NCBI GenBank assembly: GCA_027069035.1
Contig: JALXFI010000331.1
Coordinates: forward strand, 1 to 45,475
DNA: 45,475 nucleotides
DNA from: a bacterium
GTDB taxonomy: Bacteria; Desulfobacterota; GWC2-55-46; S146-80; JALXFI01
Reading direction: 5' to 3'
Numbering within the stretch: the first letter of the stretch is position 1; each line of letters opens with the position of its first letter. The notes beneath the pieces are model-generated. The model saw nothing but the letters and a program-made list of their open reading frames with translations, was not told the DNA's origin and searched no databases. Below, in pieces: positions 25,637 to 35,520 of this stretch. The position numbers and the translations under genes are program-made.

Positions 25637-27010
25637 TTAATAAGTGTTGAGAATAATATCAAGTTCTTCTTGATTAAACTTACGTAACACTTCAGGTTTT
25701 AATTGATAAGGGTCAAACTCTATATTATATTTATGCATAAACTCACTCTGCTCGCCAAAAAAGACTGTCCGCTTCATTCCATAATCTTCAATTATAGTAA
25801 AACCAAACCTTCTGTAATCAAGGGTTTGCTTCTTTCTATTAAAGTCACCAGCAGGATTGCCTGCAGGAATAACAATCGATGACTCAAGTCCCTCAAAAGA
25901 ACTATTGAATATATCTATTTTACCCTGGTTCTTCTTATCAAGATAAAAGAGTATGGTCTCTCTTACTTCAAAGGGTGTTATAATACCTTTGATCTTTAGA
26001 TCAGAAGCTTTAATACTTTCCGGACAAAAAACAATAAATGGAACACCTATCTCTTCTTCAAATAATCCCCACAGATAATCGTCAGGTAGCTTTCTGATGA
26101 GTGTATCTCTGCTTGGAAGTTTGCCGAATTTGCCATGTTCACCTAATGAATAACCATGATCAGAGAAAAGAAAAAGCAAAGTATCCTCAAGAAAACCCAT
26201 TCTGTATATCTCCTCAATAAAAGACGCAATACTATCTGAGACCTTCCTGTGAAGTTCAGAGTACATATTGAGTATCTCCTTGTTCTGTTCAGGGCTATAG
26301 TAATCTGCATTCACATAGATAGGGTCATCAAGTTCCACCTCTCCTCCATCTATACGATATGTCCATGGTTCATGAGGTTCCCATATATCTACCCATAACA
26401 TAAAAGGCTTTGATTCCATCTTTCTGTATCCCTTAAGCCACCTTTCTGCCGAATTTAAGACTTCCTCATGAAAAGGCTTATCCATTCTTGTTAAGCTTCT
26501 ATACTTAGCTCTAGTAGGTTTGGCAACATACCGATAAAATTGTTCATTATATTTCAATGGAACTTGTTCAGGGAAATTATAAAGCCCCATGTAATTACCT
26601 TTAGTCTCGCTCCACACAGGATGTCCAGCAATCCATTCAATACCTTGAAATCCTTGAAAAAGGTTAAATCTCATGTAATGAGGCACATCTGTTATACACT
26701 GTGTTGCAGTCCCGCTATCTGATAACCTCCCTGCGAGGGTCTCAGCGTTTTCGGGAATAGGTTCAAAATAACCATACTTCCAGTAGGGTATCCCTTCAAA
26801 GAAATCCCTTCTAAATTGAACAGTTGGATAGGAAACTGGAAAAAACTTATCATGAACAAGTGTATTACCATGTTTCTTTATAAAATCACTTAGGCTATCT
26901 TCTATCCGTAGGTCTTCAAGGATTGGATTCTTACTTTCGTAGATCCTTAAAAAATCTTTTCTATATGTATCAACACAAATTACTATGACATTGTTTACAG
27001 TTTCTGACAT
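25637..27010 (-). CDS. Alkaline-phosphatase-superfamily (sulfatase/phosphotransferase-like) protein with no signal peptide or TM helix
   Basis: 457 aa. VIVICVDTYRKDFL metal-site start and LFLFSDHGYSLGEHGKFGK distal block. The expected C/S-x-P-x-R position appears to read T-V-Q-F-R (alignment by eye). Confidence 0.6.
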   Translation of the reverse strand: MSETVNNVIVICVDTYRKDFLRIYESKNPILEDLRIEDSLSDFIKKHGNTLVHDKFFPVSYPTVQFRRDFFEGIPYWKYGYFEPIPENAETLAGRLSDSGTATQCITDVPHYMRFNLFQGFQGIEWIAGHPVWSETKGNYMGLYNFPEQVPLKYNEQFYRYVAKPTRAKYRSLTRMDKPFHEEVLNSAERWLKGYRKMESKPFMLWVDIWEPHEPWTYRIDGGEVELDDPIYVNADYYSPEQNKEILNMYSELHRKVSDSIASFIEEIYRMGFLEDTLLFLFSDHGYSLGEHGKFGKLPSRDTLIRKLPDDYLWGLFEEEIGVPFIVFCPESIKASDLKIKGIITPFEVRETILFYLDKKNQGKIDIFNSSFEGLESSIVIPAGNPAGDFNRKKQTLDYRRFGFTIIEDYGMKRTVFFGEQSEFMHKYNIEFDPYQLKPEVLRKFNQEELDIILNTY

Positions 27011-27744
27011 TCAATACCTCCAGATTTAGACCCTATGTAAGGATTTAAGTCCATTAAATATTTTTTTAAAGCAACTCCACCACAATTAAAAAGAAAATCA
27101 ATAACAGAAAGGTTTGGAATAAATTTAGAGCCAATTTGAGGATATTCATGTAACTCAAACTCCTGGAACTTAACCTCAATATGATTTCTCTTAAAATCAT
27201 CTAAGATTAGATATTCTTTCCCAGATTGTCCCGACAAATAAACACCTGCTTTAACTTTATTGCATATATCTAATATTAATTGACTTGCTTTTGAGACCAC
27301 GTCAAGCTTAGAACTTCTGACAATCTCAAGCTCAAAGTCAGAAATATCAAGTACAAACTCGATCAAAGAGAAATTAAAGTCAGCCAGAAATTTATGCTTT
27401 TGTCTATATATCTTCTCAAAAGAAGGGAAAATCTGATCGAAATATGGTGTTTTGTTATAGCAATGGTAAATACTTTTTAAATTTTTATCTTGCCAGTTCT
27501 CATTATAACTGATTTCTATATCTGAAATTAAGGTGTCTCTGGGGGCCTGTTTTATAGGTACAGTTATCCAGATATCTCTATCTTTATTTCTAATCTTGTT
27601 TCTATTTTCGAAATGTCTTCTTTTGAACTGAACACTATCAAGTATAACGTATATATCTGCATGAAATAATTTATGCCAAAATCCAAGCCATGGCAAGTGT
27701 TCTGGTTGATGTATTGTGCATATCTTTTGTCGCTCAACATACAT
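26995..27744 (-). CDS. WbqC-like family protein (function unknown; glycan loci)
   Basis: 249 aa. IHQPEHLPWLGFWHKLFHADIYVILDSVQFKRRHFENRNKI is the characteristic WbqC N-terminal pattern. Confidence 0.75.
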   Translation of the reverse strand: MYVERQKICTIHQPEHLPWLGFWHKLFHADIYVILDSVQFKRRHFENRNKIRNKDRDIWITVPIKQAPRDTLISDIEISYNENWQDKNLKSIYHCYNKTPYFDQIFPSFEKIYRQKHKFLADFNFSLIEFVLDISDFELEIVRSSKLDVVSKASQLILDICNKVKAGVYLSGQSGKEYLILDDFKRNHIEVKFQEFELHEYPQIGSKFIPNLSVIDFLFNCGGVALKKYLMDLNPYIGSKSGGIECQKL

Positions 27745-27749
27745 CTCTT

Positions 27750-29432
27750 CTATTTTACTGAAAAAACCTTTTTCCAGTCATTATAAACCATCTCTTTATA
27801 AAAAGTTCTATCATATTCACTAAGTTTGCTCTTATTAATTAAAGATGGCTTATACCACTTATTTATTGGAGCAATAAATCCTCTTTTATCAGTTCTGAAC
27901 GCAACCTCCTTAGGGATATATTTTGAAGCAACTTTTTTAAATATGTATTTTGTTATTCCATCTTTGATTTTGAAATTTGAAGATATACTAAAAGCAAAGG
28001 ATATTAAACGCGGATCCAAAAACGGTGACCTGTTCTCAATACTATGTGCCATACTCATCCTGTCTGCCATATGCAAAAGAACCTGCATGCTTGTACAAAA
28101 ATCTGTATATCCCATACCATGAACAACTCCATCGAAAGGCTCAAAACACTTCTCTGTTATACTCTCCACATAAGAGTTAATTATTTCATCATTGGCATCC
28201 TGGTATCTATTAATTAATCTTGCATATCTTTTACTCGGTTTATCATAATACTTTTTTATAAGTGGGAAATAATTGCTCATTGCGGGAAGATTATATATCT
28301 GTTCATCATGGTGTATAATGAGGTATCTATGATAACCACCAAACAACTCATCAACTCCTTCACCTGATAAAATGACTTTGACATATTTTGAAGCCTCTTT
28401 TAAGATACAAAACATATTAAAGCTCGACCACGTGCATGGAAAATCTAAATGATAGATTATTGTCTCTCTGTATTCTTCAAAATCTTCTTTTGTGGGTCTT
28501 ACGATGATTAGCTCTTGATTAATAGCATTTGCAGTCATCTTCGCATATTTTAATTCATCATATTGCTCACCATAATTATAGAAATCATAAGTAAGTGTAA
28601 ATATATAGCGGGGCTTTGCAATAACCGACAACAGTGAGCTATCCACACCTCCACTTAATAAACACCCAAAATCGTATACTGAATTCCCTGTTCTGATCGC
28701 TATAGCATCCTTTATAAGCATTTCTAATTCTTCGGTGGTCTCTTCTTCACTTTCTGGAACATTTGAATATAGGTTATCTTCAATGCGCCAGTAAGTCTTA
28801 TGTAATATTTCCTCTCCATCATATATTAAGTACTCCCCTGGTAAAATTGAGTATATATTCTTGAAAAGTGTATCTCTATCAGAGCATATCTCAAATGCCT
28901 TGTATGAATAACAATCTTTGTTTTCAACCGCATCAACAATAGTTAGAAGTGATTTAATCTCACTTGCAAAGAAAAAACCTTTCTCATTGCTCGTATAATA
29001 TATATTTTTCTCTCCAGCAATATCCCTGCACAAAATTAATTGCTTTTTATTCTTATCATAAATTGCAATGGCAAACATACCATTTATTTTTGGTAAAACA
29101 TTTAATCCCCACTCTTCATAGGCATGGAGGATGGTTTCGGCGTCAGAATCATTCATAAAAATATGAGCACTTGAAAGTCTTTTTCTTAATTCTCTATGAT
29201 TATATATCTCACCATTATAAACTAAGAGGATAGAACCATCTTCATTTGTGTATGGTATTGAATGCTTTTCATTATCAATAATAGAGAGCCTGACCATTCC
29301 CATAGATATATTATTAAAAACCACATACTCCTCTTGATCAGGTCCCCGATGTCTTATCTTAAGCAACATCTCTGAGGTCAACTTATTCAAGTCGAGTCTT
29401 TTTTTAGCAACAATGCCTACTATTCCACACAT
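27750..29432 (-). CDS. Asparagine synthase B-family glutamine amidotransferase (glycan-associated paralogue 2)
   Basis: Start set at the ATG at 29432 so the protein begins MCGIVG (obligatory Ntn Cys). The ORF-track start at 29450 is a GTG. HRGPDQ, RLSIIDN and the PP-loop LLSGGVDSS are present. TAA-g-ATG junction with the upstream gene. Confidence 0.9.
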   Translation of the reverse strand: MCGIVGIVAKKRLDLNKLTSEMLLKIRHRGPDQEEYVVFNNISMGMVRLSIIDNEKHSIPYTNEDGSILLVYNGEIYNHRELRKRLSSAHIFMNDSDAETILHAYEEWGLNVLPKINGMFAIAIYDKNKKQLILCRDIAGEKNIYYTSNEKGFFFASEIKSLLTIVDAVENKDCYSYKAFEICSDRDTLFKNIYSILPGEYLIYDGEEILHKTYWRIEDNLYSNVPESEEETTEELEMLIKDAIAIRTGNSVYDFGCLLSGGVDSSLLSVIAKPRYIFTLTYDFYNYGEQYDELKYAKMTANAINQELIIVRPTKEDFEEYRETIIYHLDFPCTWSSFNMFCILKEASKYVKVILSGEGVDELFGGYHRYLIIHHDEQIYNLPAMSNYFPLIKKYYDKPSKRYARLINRYQDANDEIINSYVESITEKCFEPFDGVVHGMGYTDFCTSMQVLLHMADRMSMAHSIENRSPFLDPRLISFAFSISSNFKIKDGITKYIFKKVASKYIPKEVAFRTDKRGFIAPINKWYKPSLINKSKLSEYDRTFYKEMVYNDWKKVFSVK

Positions 29433-29433
29433 C

Positions 29434-30750
29434 TTATTCCCAGGTATCACCTCCGAGTAATGTATATTTTAATCCATTTTCGTTCAGCTTATACCTCGAC
29501 CAAACCTCACATGTATCCATTACAATCTTTGTATCTTTTAAATATCTCTTCAATTTAGAACAACTTATCTTTTTATACTTACTATGAGCTGTAAGTACCA
29601 AGACAGCATCGAAAGAAGAGATATCTTCTGGAAAATCAACCACTTGAGTCTGAGTTATCTCATATAACGTAGCCTTTGAATACATAGGATCATTTATACC
29701 AACCTTTATACCTTTATCAGAAAATAGTTCTATAAATCTCAATGCAGGACTGTTGAGATGAAGTCTTGAATCAGGTCTATAAGACAACCCAAGAATTAGA
29801 ACCGACGACACTTTCTGAGAAAGAACCCTCTCAGAAATTATCTGAATCATTTCATAGTCTGTTCTCATTGCTTCATTTAATAGAGTTAAGCTCTCTGGCA
29901 CCTTGCTCGCTTCAGACAGGAAATAACTTGACATGGGAAAGTTAAATCCACCTATACCAGCCGTAGGGCGATATTCGTTAAGCTCAGGATGGGTTGCTGC
30001 AAGTTGTATCACCTTGTTGATGTTACACCCTGGAAATGCCTGAGAAAGTTGGTTTGCAAATGCCATATTTATATATTGAAATGAATTCTCAACACATCTC
30101 GCAAGTTCTACTTCAAAAAAGTTTTCAACTGTCACAATATTATCGTCGATAAGCTCGCAAATTTCCTTAGCCACTAACAGCGATTTATTATCATGACTGC
30201 CGATTAGTCTCCCTAAAGAAACATTCTTAACGTAAGGGTTATAATCCCAATCTCTTCTTGGAGCAACTACCATCAAGTAATCTTTACCTAAAGACTTGCC
30301 TGCCTCACTCAACGCAGGTATAACTATCTCCTCCATCGTTCCTGGTAGAAATGACGACTCCAATATTATTATTGGCTTGAGATTGTTTCTTAATATTGGG
30401 ATATCTTTGAGCTTATTAAGGACATTATAAAGATTTTGATATGTTGGTTTACCAGCCTTCTCCACGGGTACACATAAGAAGTGAACGAGTATGTCTTTTA
30501 GATTTATATTATCAATAGTTTTTAATGAACAATTCTCAAGCTCACCTTCCACAACCACATCATAAGCCCAGTATGTTTTTCTTAATTCTTTAAAATGTTG
30601 CTCTAATTGCTCAATAGTTTTATATTTTGTATCAATTAATATACAACTAATTCCTAATTCTGAATACTTTATTAAGGTATAATATCCTAAATATCCACTC
30701 CCCCATATCGCTATAGAGAAATTATTGTTAAGTAATTCTTTTGTATACAT
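29434..30750 (-). CDS. UDP-glucose/GDP-mannose dehydrogenase-family protein; catalytic Cys position apparently Asn
   Basis: 438 aa. IAIWGSGYLGYYTLIKY Rossmann motif. The central region TAGIGGFNFPMSS aligns by eye to the family GG-x-C-x-P-K-D motif with C replaced by N and K-D replaced by M-S. Confidence 0.7.
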   Translation of the reverse strand: MYTKELLNNNFSIAIWGSGYLGYYTLIKYSELGISCILIDTKYKTIEQLEQHFKELRKTYWAYDVVVEGELENCSLKTIDNINLKDILVHFLCVPVEKAGKPTYQNLYNVLNKLKDIPILRNNLKPIIILESSFLPGTMEEIVIPALSEAGKSLGKDYLMVVAPRRDWDYNPYVKNVSLGRLIGSHDNKSLLVAKEICELIDDNIVTVENFFEVELARCVENSFQYINMAFANQLSQAFPGCNINKVIQLAATHPELNEYRPTAGIGGFNFPMSSYFLSEASKVPESLTLLNEAMRTDYEMIQIISERVLSQKVSSVLILGLSYRPDSRLHLNSPALRFIELFSDKGIKVGINDPMYSKATLYEITQTQVVDFPEDISSFDAVLVLTAHSKYKKISCSKLKRYLKDTKIVMDTCEVWSRYKLNENGLKYTLLGGDTWE

Positions 30751-30772
30751 AGTTCTACTCCTTTTTAGATAC

Positions 30773-31426
30773 TCAGATTATCATATTATAAACTTCAAAA
30801 CCTTCGGCATATCTACCACCACATCTTGCCCCTCTAACAGCAGCTAATCCAAATATCGCCTCCTTCGAGAAATAATCTGAAGTAGTAGTAACACCATTGT
30901 ACTGTGAAGTATATGATGCTATAGCTTCCACTTTTTTCGTAATATCTTGCTCAGAAAGACGGATGAACAGATTCGGATTAAAACCATAGGCACTATTTAT
31001 TATTTCATATCCCAACACAGTCTCTCTCTTAAAGGCTTTCAAGGCAGATATTGATACAGTTCTATGATCCTGATGCACATCATTATAAGTAGGGACAAAT
31101 ACAATGTCAGGTTTAAATTCTTTCTTTATACGGTAAAGTTCTTCAAGAATTAGTTGTCTATACTCTGGGAATAACTGCCCTGCAATTTCAAAATTTATCT
31201 CTAAGTTATCATCGTTTAATCCAAGATAATGAAGGGCATTTTTTTGTTCATCAATTAATCTGTCTTCCTGAATTTCTCCACGAAATGATTTTCTGTTGGC
31301 TGTGAGGGCTAAAACATAAATCTCTGCATTCTTAGAATATTTTGCAATTGTTCCACCACACCCAAATTCTATATCATCCATGTGTGCAGATATGCATAAT
31401 ATGTTCTTACCATTCAAATCTATCAT
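30773..31426 (-). CDS. PIG-L/LmbE-family N-deacetylase
   Basis: 217 aa. ISAHMDDIEFGCGGTIAKY (AHxDD) and VHQDHRTV (HxDH). Confidence 0.85.
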   Translation of the reverse strand: MIDLNGKNILCISAHMDDIEFGCGGTIAKYSKNAEIYVLALTANRKSFRGEIQEDRLIDEQKNALHYLGLNDDNLEINFEIAGQLFPEYRQLILEELYRIKKEFKPDIVFVPTYNDVHQDHRTVSISALKAFKRETVLGYEIINSAYGFNPNLFIRLSEQDITKKVEAIASYTSQYNGVTTTSDYFSKEAIFGLAAVRGARCGGRYAEGFEVYNMII

Positions 31427-31442
31427 AACATCTCTACCTCTA

Positions 31443-32210
31443 TTATACCTTTAAGAAAAGCCTGTCATAAGCATCTATCACGTTTTTAAGGTTCAACTGC
31501 TTTGAGTTCTCTCTCAGGAAGTTAACAATCTTAACAATCCTTTTATAATCCTCAGGCGTATCCATCGTAATTCTAACATCAGGTCGATTCTGCCAGTCTT
31601 TAGCATGTAGAGTTACGACATTAAAGTTATCTATATTCTCATGTATATAATCTACAACATGTTCGAAATGATTAGACTTATATGCCTTTTGATGAGATAT
31701 TTTTAGTGCTTTCAAGGTAACAATCTCTTCTTGAGCCCCAACTGGGAGATTTTTGATATATGTATAGTCTGCCTTTAGTGTCAAATGCTCTGCCAACATC
31801 CGTGCTGTTGAATTCATATCTGTTAAAGGGTCATCAGCTGTTGCTCTAACGATATCAGTTACACCAAAGTTTTCTGCACATTCAATATACCTCTTAAGCA
31901 CATTATCACTACTACCTGTTATATATTGCATCTTATAATCATCCAAAATAAGTCTTACAAGTTCTGCTTCTCTCTCTTCAGAAAGAGCCACATAAACCCT
32001 CTCTGTATCAAAATAATGTAAAAATCTCTTTACCAGAAAAACGATAGCAGGCATTCCAAATATTGGAGCTAATATCTTCGCATGAAGTCTTGAAGACCTT
32101 ATCCTTGCCTGGATAATAATTCCCCAACTTTTAGAGCTGGTAATTATATCTCTCTCTTTCTGCAAATCTTTACTCTTTTGTAGTGTTTCGACAAATAAAT
32201 TGTCTTTCAT
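31443..32210 (-). CDS. SpsF-like cytidylyltransferase (CTP_transf_3)
   Basis: 255 aa. IIIQARIRSSRLHAKILAPIFGMP, SDNVLKRY, IVRATADDPLTD. Confidence 0.75.
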   Translation of the reverse strand: MKDNLFVETLQKSKDLQKERDIITSSKSWGIIIQARIRSSRLHAKILAPIFGMPAIVFLVKRFLHYFDTERVYVALSEEREAELVRLILDDYKMQYITGSSDNVLKRYIECAENFGVTDIVRATADDPLTDMNSTARMLAEHLTLKADYTYIKNLPVGAQEEIVTLKALKISHQKAYKSNHFEHVVDYIHENIDNFNVVTLHAKDWQNRPDVRITMDTPEDYKRIVKIVNFLRENSKQLNLKNVIDAYDRLFLKV

Positions 32211-32216
32211 AGCTAC

Positions 32217-33980
32217 TCAATAATACACTATATCATGGATTGTCTTATAGAAATCGAAGTTTTCTTCCATATTAATTAGTTCCCGAAATTTCTCAAAAGG
32301 ATAACTTCTTTTATTGTTCTCAATGTCATTAATCCACTCAATTATCTCTTCAGCAGTTTTCACACACATGTCAGGAAAATCTCTATAATAGAAATATTGT
32401 AAAGATGGATCAACATCAAAGACAAAAGTTGGGAGTTTAAACTGTAAAGCTTCAGCTGCAAGAGATGAACCCGCGGTAATAGCATAGCTAACTTTTAACA
32501 TCAATTCATATGGACTACCAGTATAAACTTCTATATTAGATGGTTTATCCTTTAATGTTTCTAATTCATTGTAGAACTGTTGAACCCTTTTTGTAGGGCC
32601 GAGCTTTGGCTTAATATATAAAGTCCTGTCACTAAAAAAAGAGGCAACTTTAAATAGTTCCTTATAAATATATTCCCATTTTTTATTCTGAGGACTCTGG
32701 AAAAATACTATATCTTTCGGACGATTTTTTATAGATGATTTGAGTTGTTGTAAAAACTTCAGTCCATGTAAACTACCCACTGGGATTACCTTCATATTCT
32801 TACTCCAACAATGTCCTATTTTTTTATATACGTGAGAACCAAAAACAAAGAATATGTCAAAATCGATATGTCGCCAGATAGAAGTTACACCGGGAACAGG
32901 CAAACCATGATGCATTCCTATTGATTTGACATTCTTCTTTCTTAAGAGTGAGGTCCTCACAATATGCTCGGGGGCATATTCATCCCTTCCCCAGAATGCT
33001 TTTATCTCATATTTACCTAAGAAAGCGCATATTCTTGCTTTTCTATATGGGAGTAAAATTATCTCTTCGAATAACTGACTCTGGACATCCGAGAATCTAA
33101 AATAAAGTGTATTTATATCCTTAAATAGTTCAATTAACAGTTTGATAAATTGCATTATTGTTACTGCGCCATCACTACGCGAGGTATAATGTACTCCATT
33201 TAATTTATTTGTTATATCATTCAATAGCTTCTTGGGTATACTGTGGCGAAATAAGATCAGTAGATCAGTTTTACTTTTTACAGAATACAACGCTATATCT
33301 GGATTGGAATGATTAGAAGAAGATATAAAAGAAATCGGTTCTATATGAAAATCATACACAAGAACAAACCGTTTCTTCTTAGTTTTAAACCTCAGCTTTA
33401 AGATCAAATATGAACAAATTCCTATAAAGACTAATATGGAGTTAAGAAAATTAGAAATCTTATATAATAATGGAGTATAGGAAGCGAGTTTATTATCCAT
33501 TTTTTTATCAGGGAAGCACAGGTTAAATAATGCGATATCTTCTTCTGTTGTCCCAAGAAGAGTATATTTAGGGTTAGAGGTATTTAATTTGTCAAGAATA
33601 TATTTAATCTTAACCAGTTGTATCAATTTTCTTTTTATCTCCCTGATATTTATTTTTTCAATAGCATAAGAATATTCTATATCTTCGTATATTCTCTCTT
33701 TTTTTATTACATCATATGCTTTCTGAAGCAGAAGTTCTATTTCATTATACTCCTGATATCCTGGTGCAACCTCTCCAAACCTCAATCTATCAGAAAAGAG
33801 TGTATCAATATGTTGCACCTTGTTTAATTCTACTAATTTTCTAATCAAAAATGAGAGGAGATATCTGTTGACAAAAATGAAAGGTTCAATTGCAACGTAA
33901 AAAACCCTTCTTTTGAGGATAAATATATTCCACAACAATAATATAAATGTAATTTCGTTTACAATAATTAAGAGGGTCAT
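32217..33980 (-). CDS. Large uncharacterised membrane-anchored protein with a GT-B-like C-terminal half (candidate transferase/polymerase)
   Basis: About 587 aa from the ATG at 33980 (the ORF-track start at 33998 is a TTG). Hydrophobic MTLLIIVNEITFILLLWNIFIL and SILVFIGICSYLILKL. C-terminal VIPVGSLHG, DIVFFQSP and YAITAGSSLAAEALQFKLPTFVFDVDP. Confidence 0.4.
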   Translation of the reverse strand: MTLLIIVNEITFILLLWNIFILKRRVFYVAIEPFIFVNRYLLSFLIRKLVELNKVQHIDTLFSDRLRFGEVAPGYQEYNEIELLLQKAYDVIKKERIYEDIEYSYAIEKINIREIKRKLIQLVKIKYILDKLNTSNPKYTLLGTTEEDIALFNLCFPDKKMDNKLASYTPLLYKISNFLNSILVFIGICSYLILKLRFKTKKKRFVLVYDFHIEPISFISSSNHSNPDIALYSVKSKTDLLILFRHSIPKKLLNDITNKLNGVHYTSRSDGAVTIMQFIKLLIELFKDINTLYFRFSDVQSQLFEEIILLPYRKARICAFLGKYEIKAFWGRDEYAPEHIVRTSLLRKKNVKSIGMHHGLPVPGVTSIWRHIDFDIFFVFGSHVYKKIGHCWSKNMKVIPVGSLHGLKFLQQLKSSIKNRPKDIVFFQSPQNKKWEYIYKELFKVASFFSDRTLYIKPKLGPTKRVQQFYNELETLKDKPSNIEVYTGSPYELMLKVSYAITAGSSLAAEALQFKLPTFVFDVDPSLQYFYYRDFPDMCVKTAEEIIEWINDIENNKRSYPFEKFRELINMEENFDFYKTIHDIVYY

Positions 33981-34008
33981 TGAGGAAAGTTGAAACAAAG
34001 GCTAAAAA

Positions 34009-35517
34009 TTACAATCTAATTTTTAGCCAAACAGAATATATAGCACCTTCAGGTATTAAACCGCTCACCTTTTTTGTTAGGACTGGGCATTCTTTATTTA
34101 TTAAATATATGGTAAAGAGGCAAAACAGCACTATCAGCACGAACTTATAGAAGATTACCCAGAGTATTCGATCAGAAAATACTAAGCTGATTAAATAAAA
34201 CAATGAGGCACCAATGACACAAAATATCATCGGACCAAATCTATAGGGAATATTCAAGAGTCGTTGAGCATATACGATAGTAACTATCATAATAATCAAA
34301 AAAGTTATAAGCATTGATGTAGCAGCCCCCACCCCCCCAAGTGAAGGAATCAATAAAATATTTAAAATTACACTAATCATCGCTCCCATAAAGGTTCTAA
34401 AGGTAAAAAACCATGTCTTATATTTTAAGGTTACAGGTATTTCAAATATCTCCCGTGCATTCTGGAAAAACATTGACAGAATAAATATGGGAATCAATAA
34501 GTAAGAACTATGAAAACGTTCGTTTGCTATTAAATGAATAATTTCCTTAGAATATATACCTATCACCAATCCTACAAAAGAGGCAAGAGCAAAAAAGAGT
34601 GTAACATATTCAGAATACTCAGAGAGGGCTTCATCCCCCTCACCCCGTTTATCATCTAACTTCTTTACAAATGCGGGGGTTATCCCCTGACGAATCTGAA
34701 ACCAAAGCATGTTAAAAATACCTGCAAAGGCAAAGGCAAAAGAATAAAGTCCAACATCCCACATACCACTAAATCTCAACATCAATATACGGTCAAAATA
34801 TCTTTGAAACCAAGCACCTATGCCAGAAGGGACAAAGGGCATGCCATACTTCAAAGCCATCTTGAGGATAATTCTCTTCTTAGGATTAAACTTTGGTCTT
34901 ATCGTCCTTACAAGTAAAACAGTAGAGATAATCATAATTACAATCTCTGTTATCAGATCAGCCATCAAAAAACCTACCACACCCAGTTGGAGTAAAACCA
35001 GCACAACAACCTTCAGTGTGTGTAATAGTAATATTTTGCTCCCCCTCACCATAAAATATGCCTTGCCTTGATGAAAAACGATCTGACACGACTGAAGCAT
35101 TCCCGATATACAGAGGAAGAAGGCTGTCCATAATGGTATAATAACTACAAGGTTTGAAGGGAGCTGAGTGTCACCAAAGAATATAGTCTTAAGTGGAGTT
35201 ATAGTAAAAGAAAGAAAGAAAGAAATTACAAAGGCAACAATGATACTGCATCCATAAATATTACCCAACAAAACAGATAAAAACTCTTTTTTATCATGAA
35301 AACGGAAGAGTACTCGTCCACCAAATTTTACCATCCCAAATGTATTGAATATACCTATTACAGCTGTCACTGAGGCAGATATAGCAAGGATACCGTAATC
35401 CTCGGGGGATAAGTAACTCGTATAGACTGGAAGTAATAAAAAAGGAATGGTACGTGAAAAGATACTATACGATAAGAACCATAGAGAATTTTTCAATAGA
35501 AATTTAGTCTCTGACAT
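34009..35517 (-). CDS. wzx: Wzx-type oligosaccharide flippase (MOP/polysaccharide biosynthesis protein family)
   Basis: 502 aa with about 12-14 hydrophobic helices. N-terminus KNSLWFLSYSIFSRTIPFLLLPVYTSYLSPEDYGILA is typical of Wzx/RfbX proteins. Confidence 0.8.
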   Translation of the reverse strand: MSETKFLLKNSLWFLSYSIFSRTIPFLLLPVYTSYLSPEDYGILAISASVTAVIGIFNTFGMVKFGGRVLFRFHDKKEFLSVLLGNIYGCSIIVAFVISFFLSFTITPLKTIFFGDTQLPSNLVVIIPLWTAFFLCISGMLQSCQIVFHQGKAYFMVRGSKILLLHTLKVVVLVLLQLGVVGFLMADLITEIVIMIISTVLLVRTIRPKFNPKKRIILKMALKYGMPFVPSGIGAWFQRYFDRILMLRFSGMWDVGLYSFAFAFAGIFNMLWFQIRQGITPAFVKKLDDKRGEGDEALSEYSEYVTLFFALASFVGLVIGIYSKEIIHLIANERFHSSYLLIPIFILSMFFQNAREIFEIPVTLKYKTWFFTFRTFMGAMISVILNILLIPSLGGVGAATSMLITFLIIMIVTIVYAQRLLNIPYRFGPMIFCVIGASLFYLISLVFSDRILWVIFYKFVLIVLFCLFTIYLINKECPVLTKKVSGLIPEGAIYSVWLKIRL

Positions 35518-35520
35518 AAC

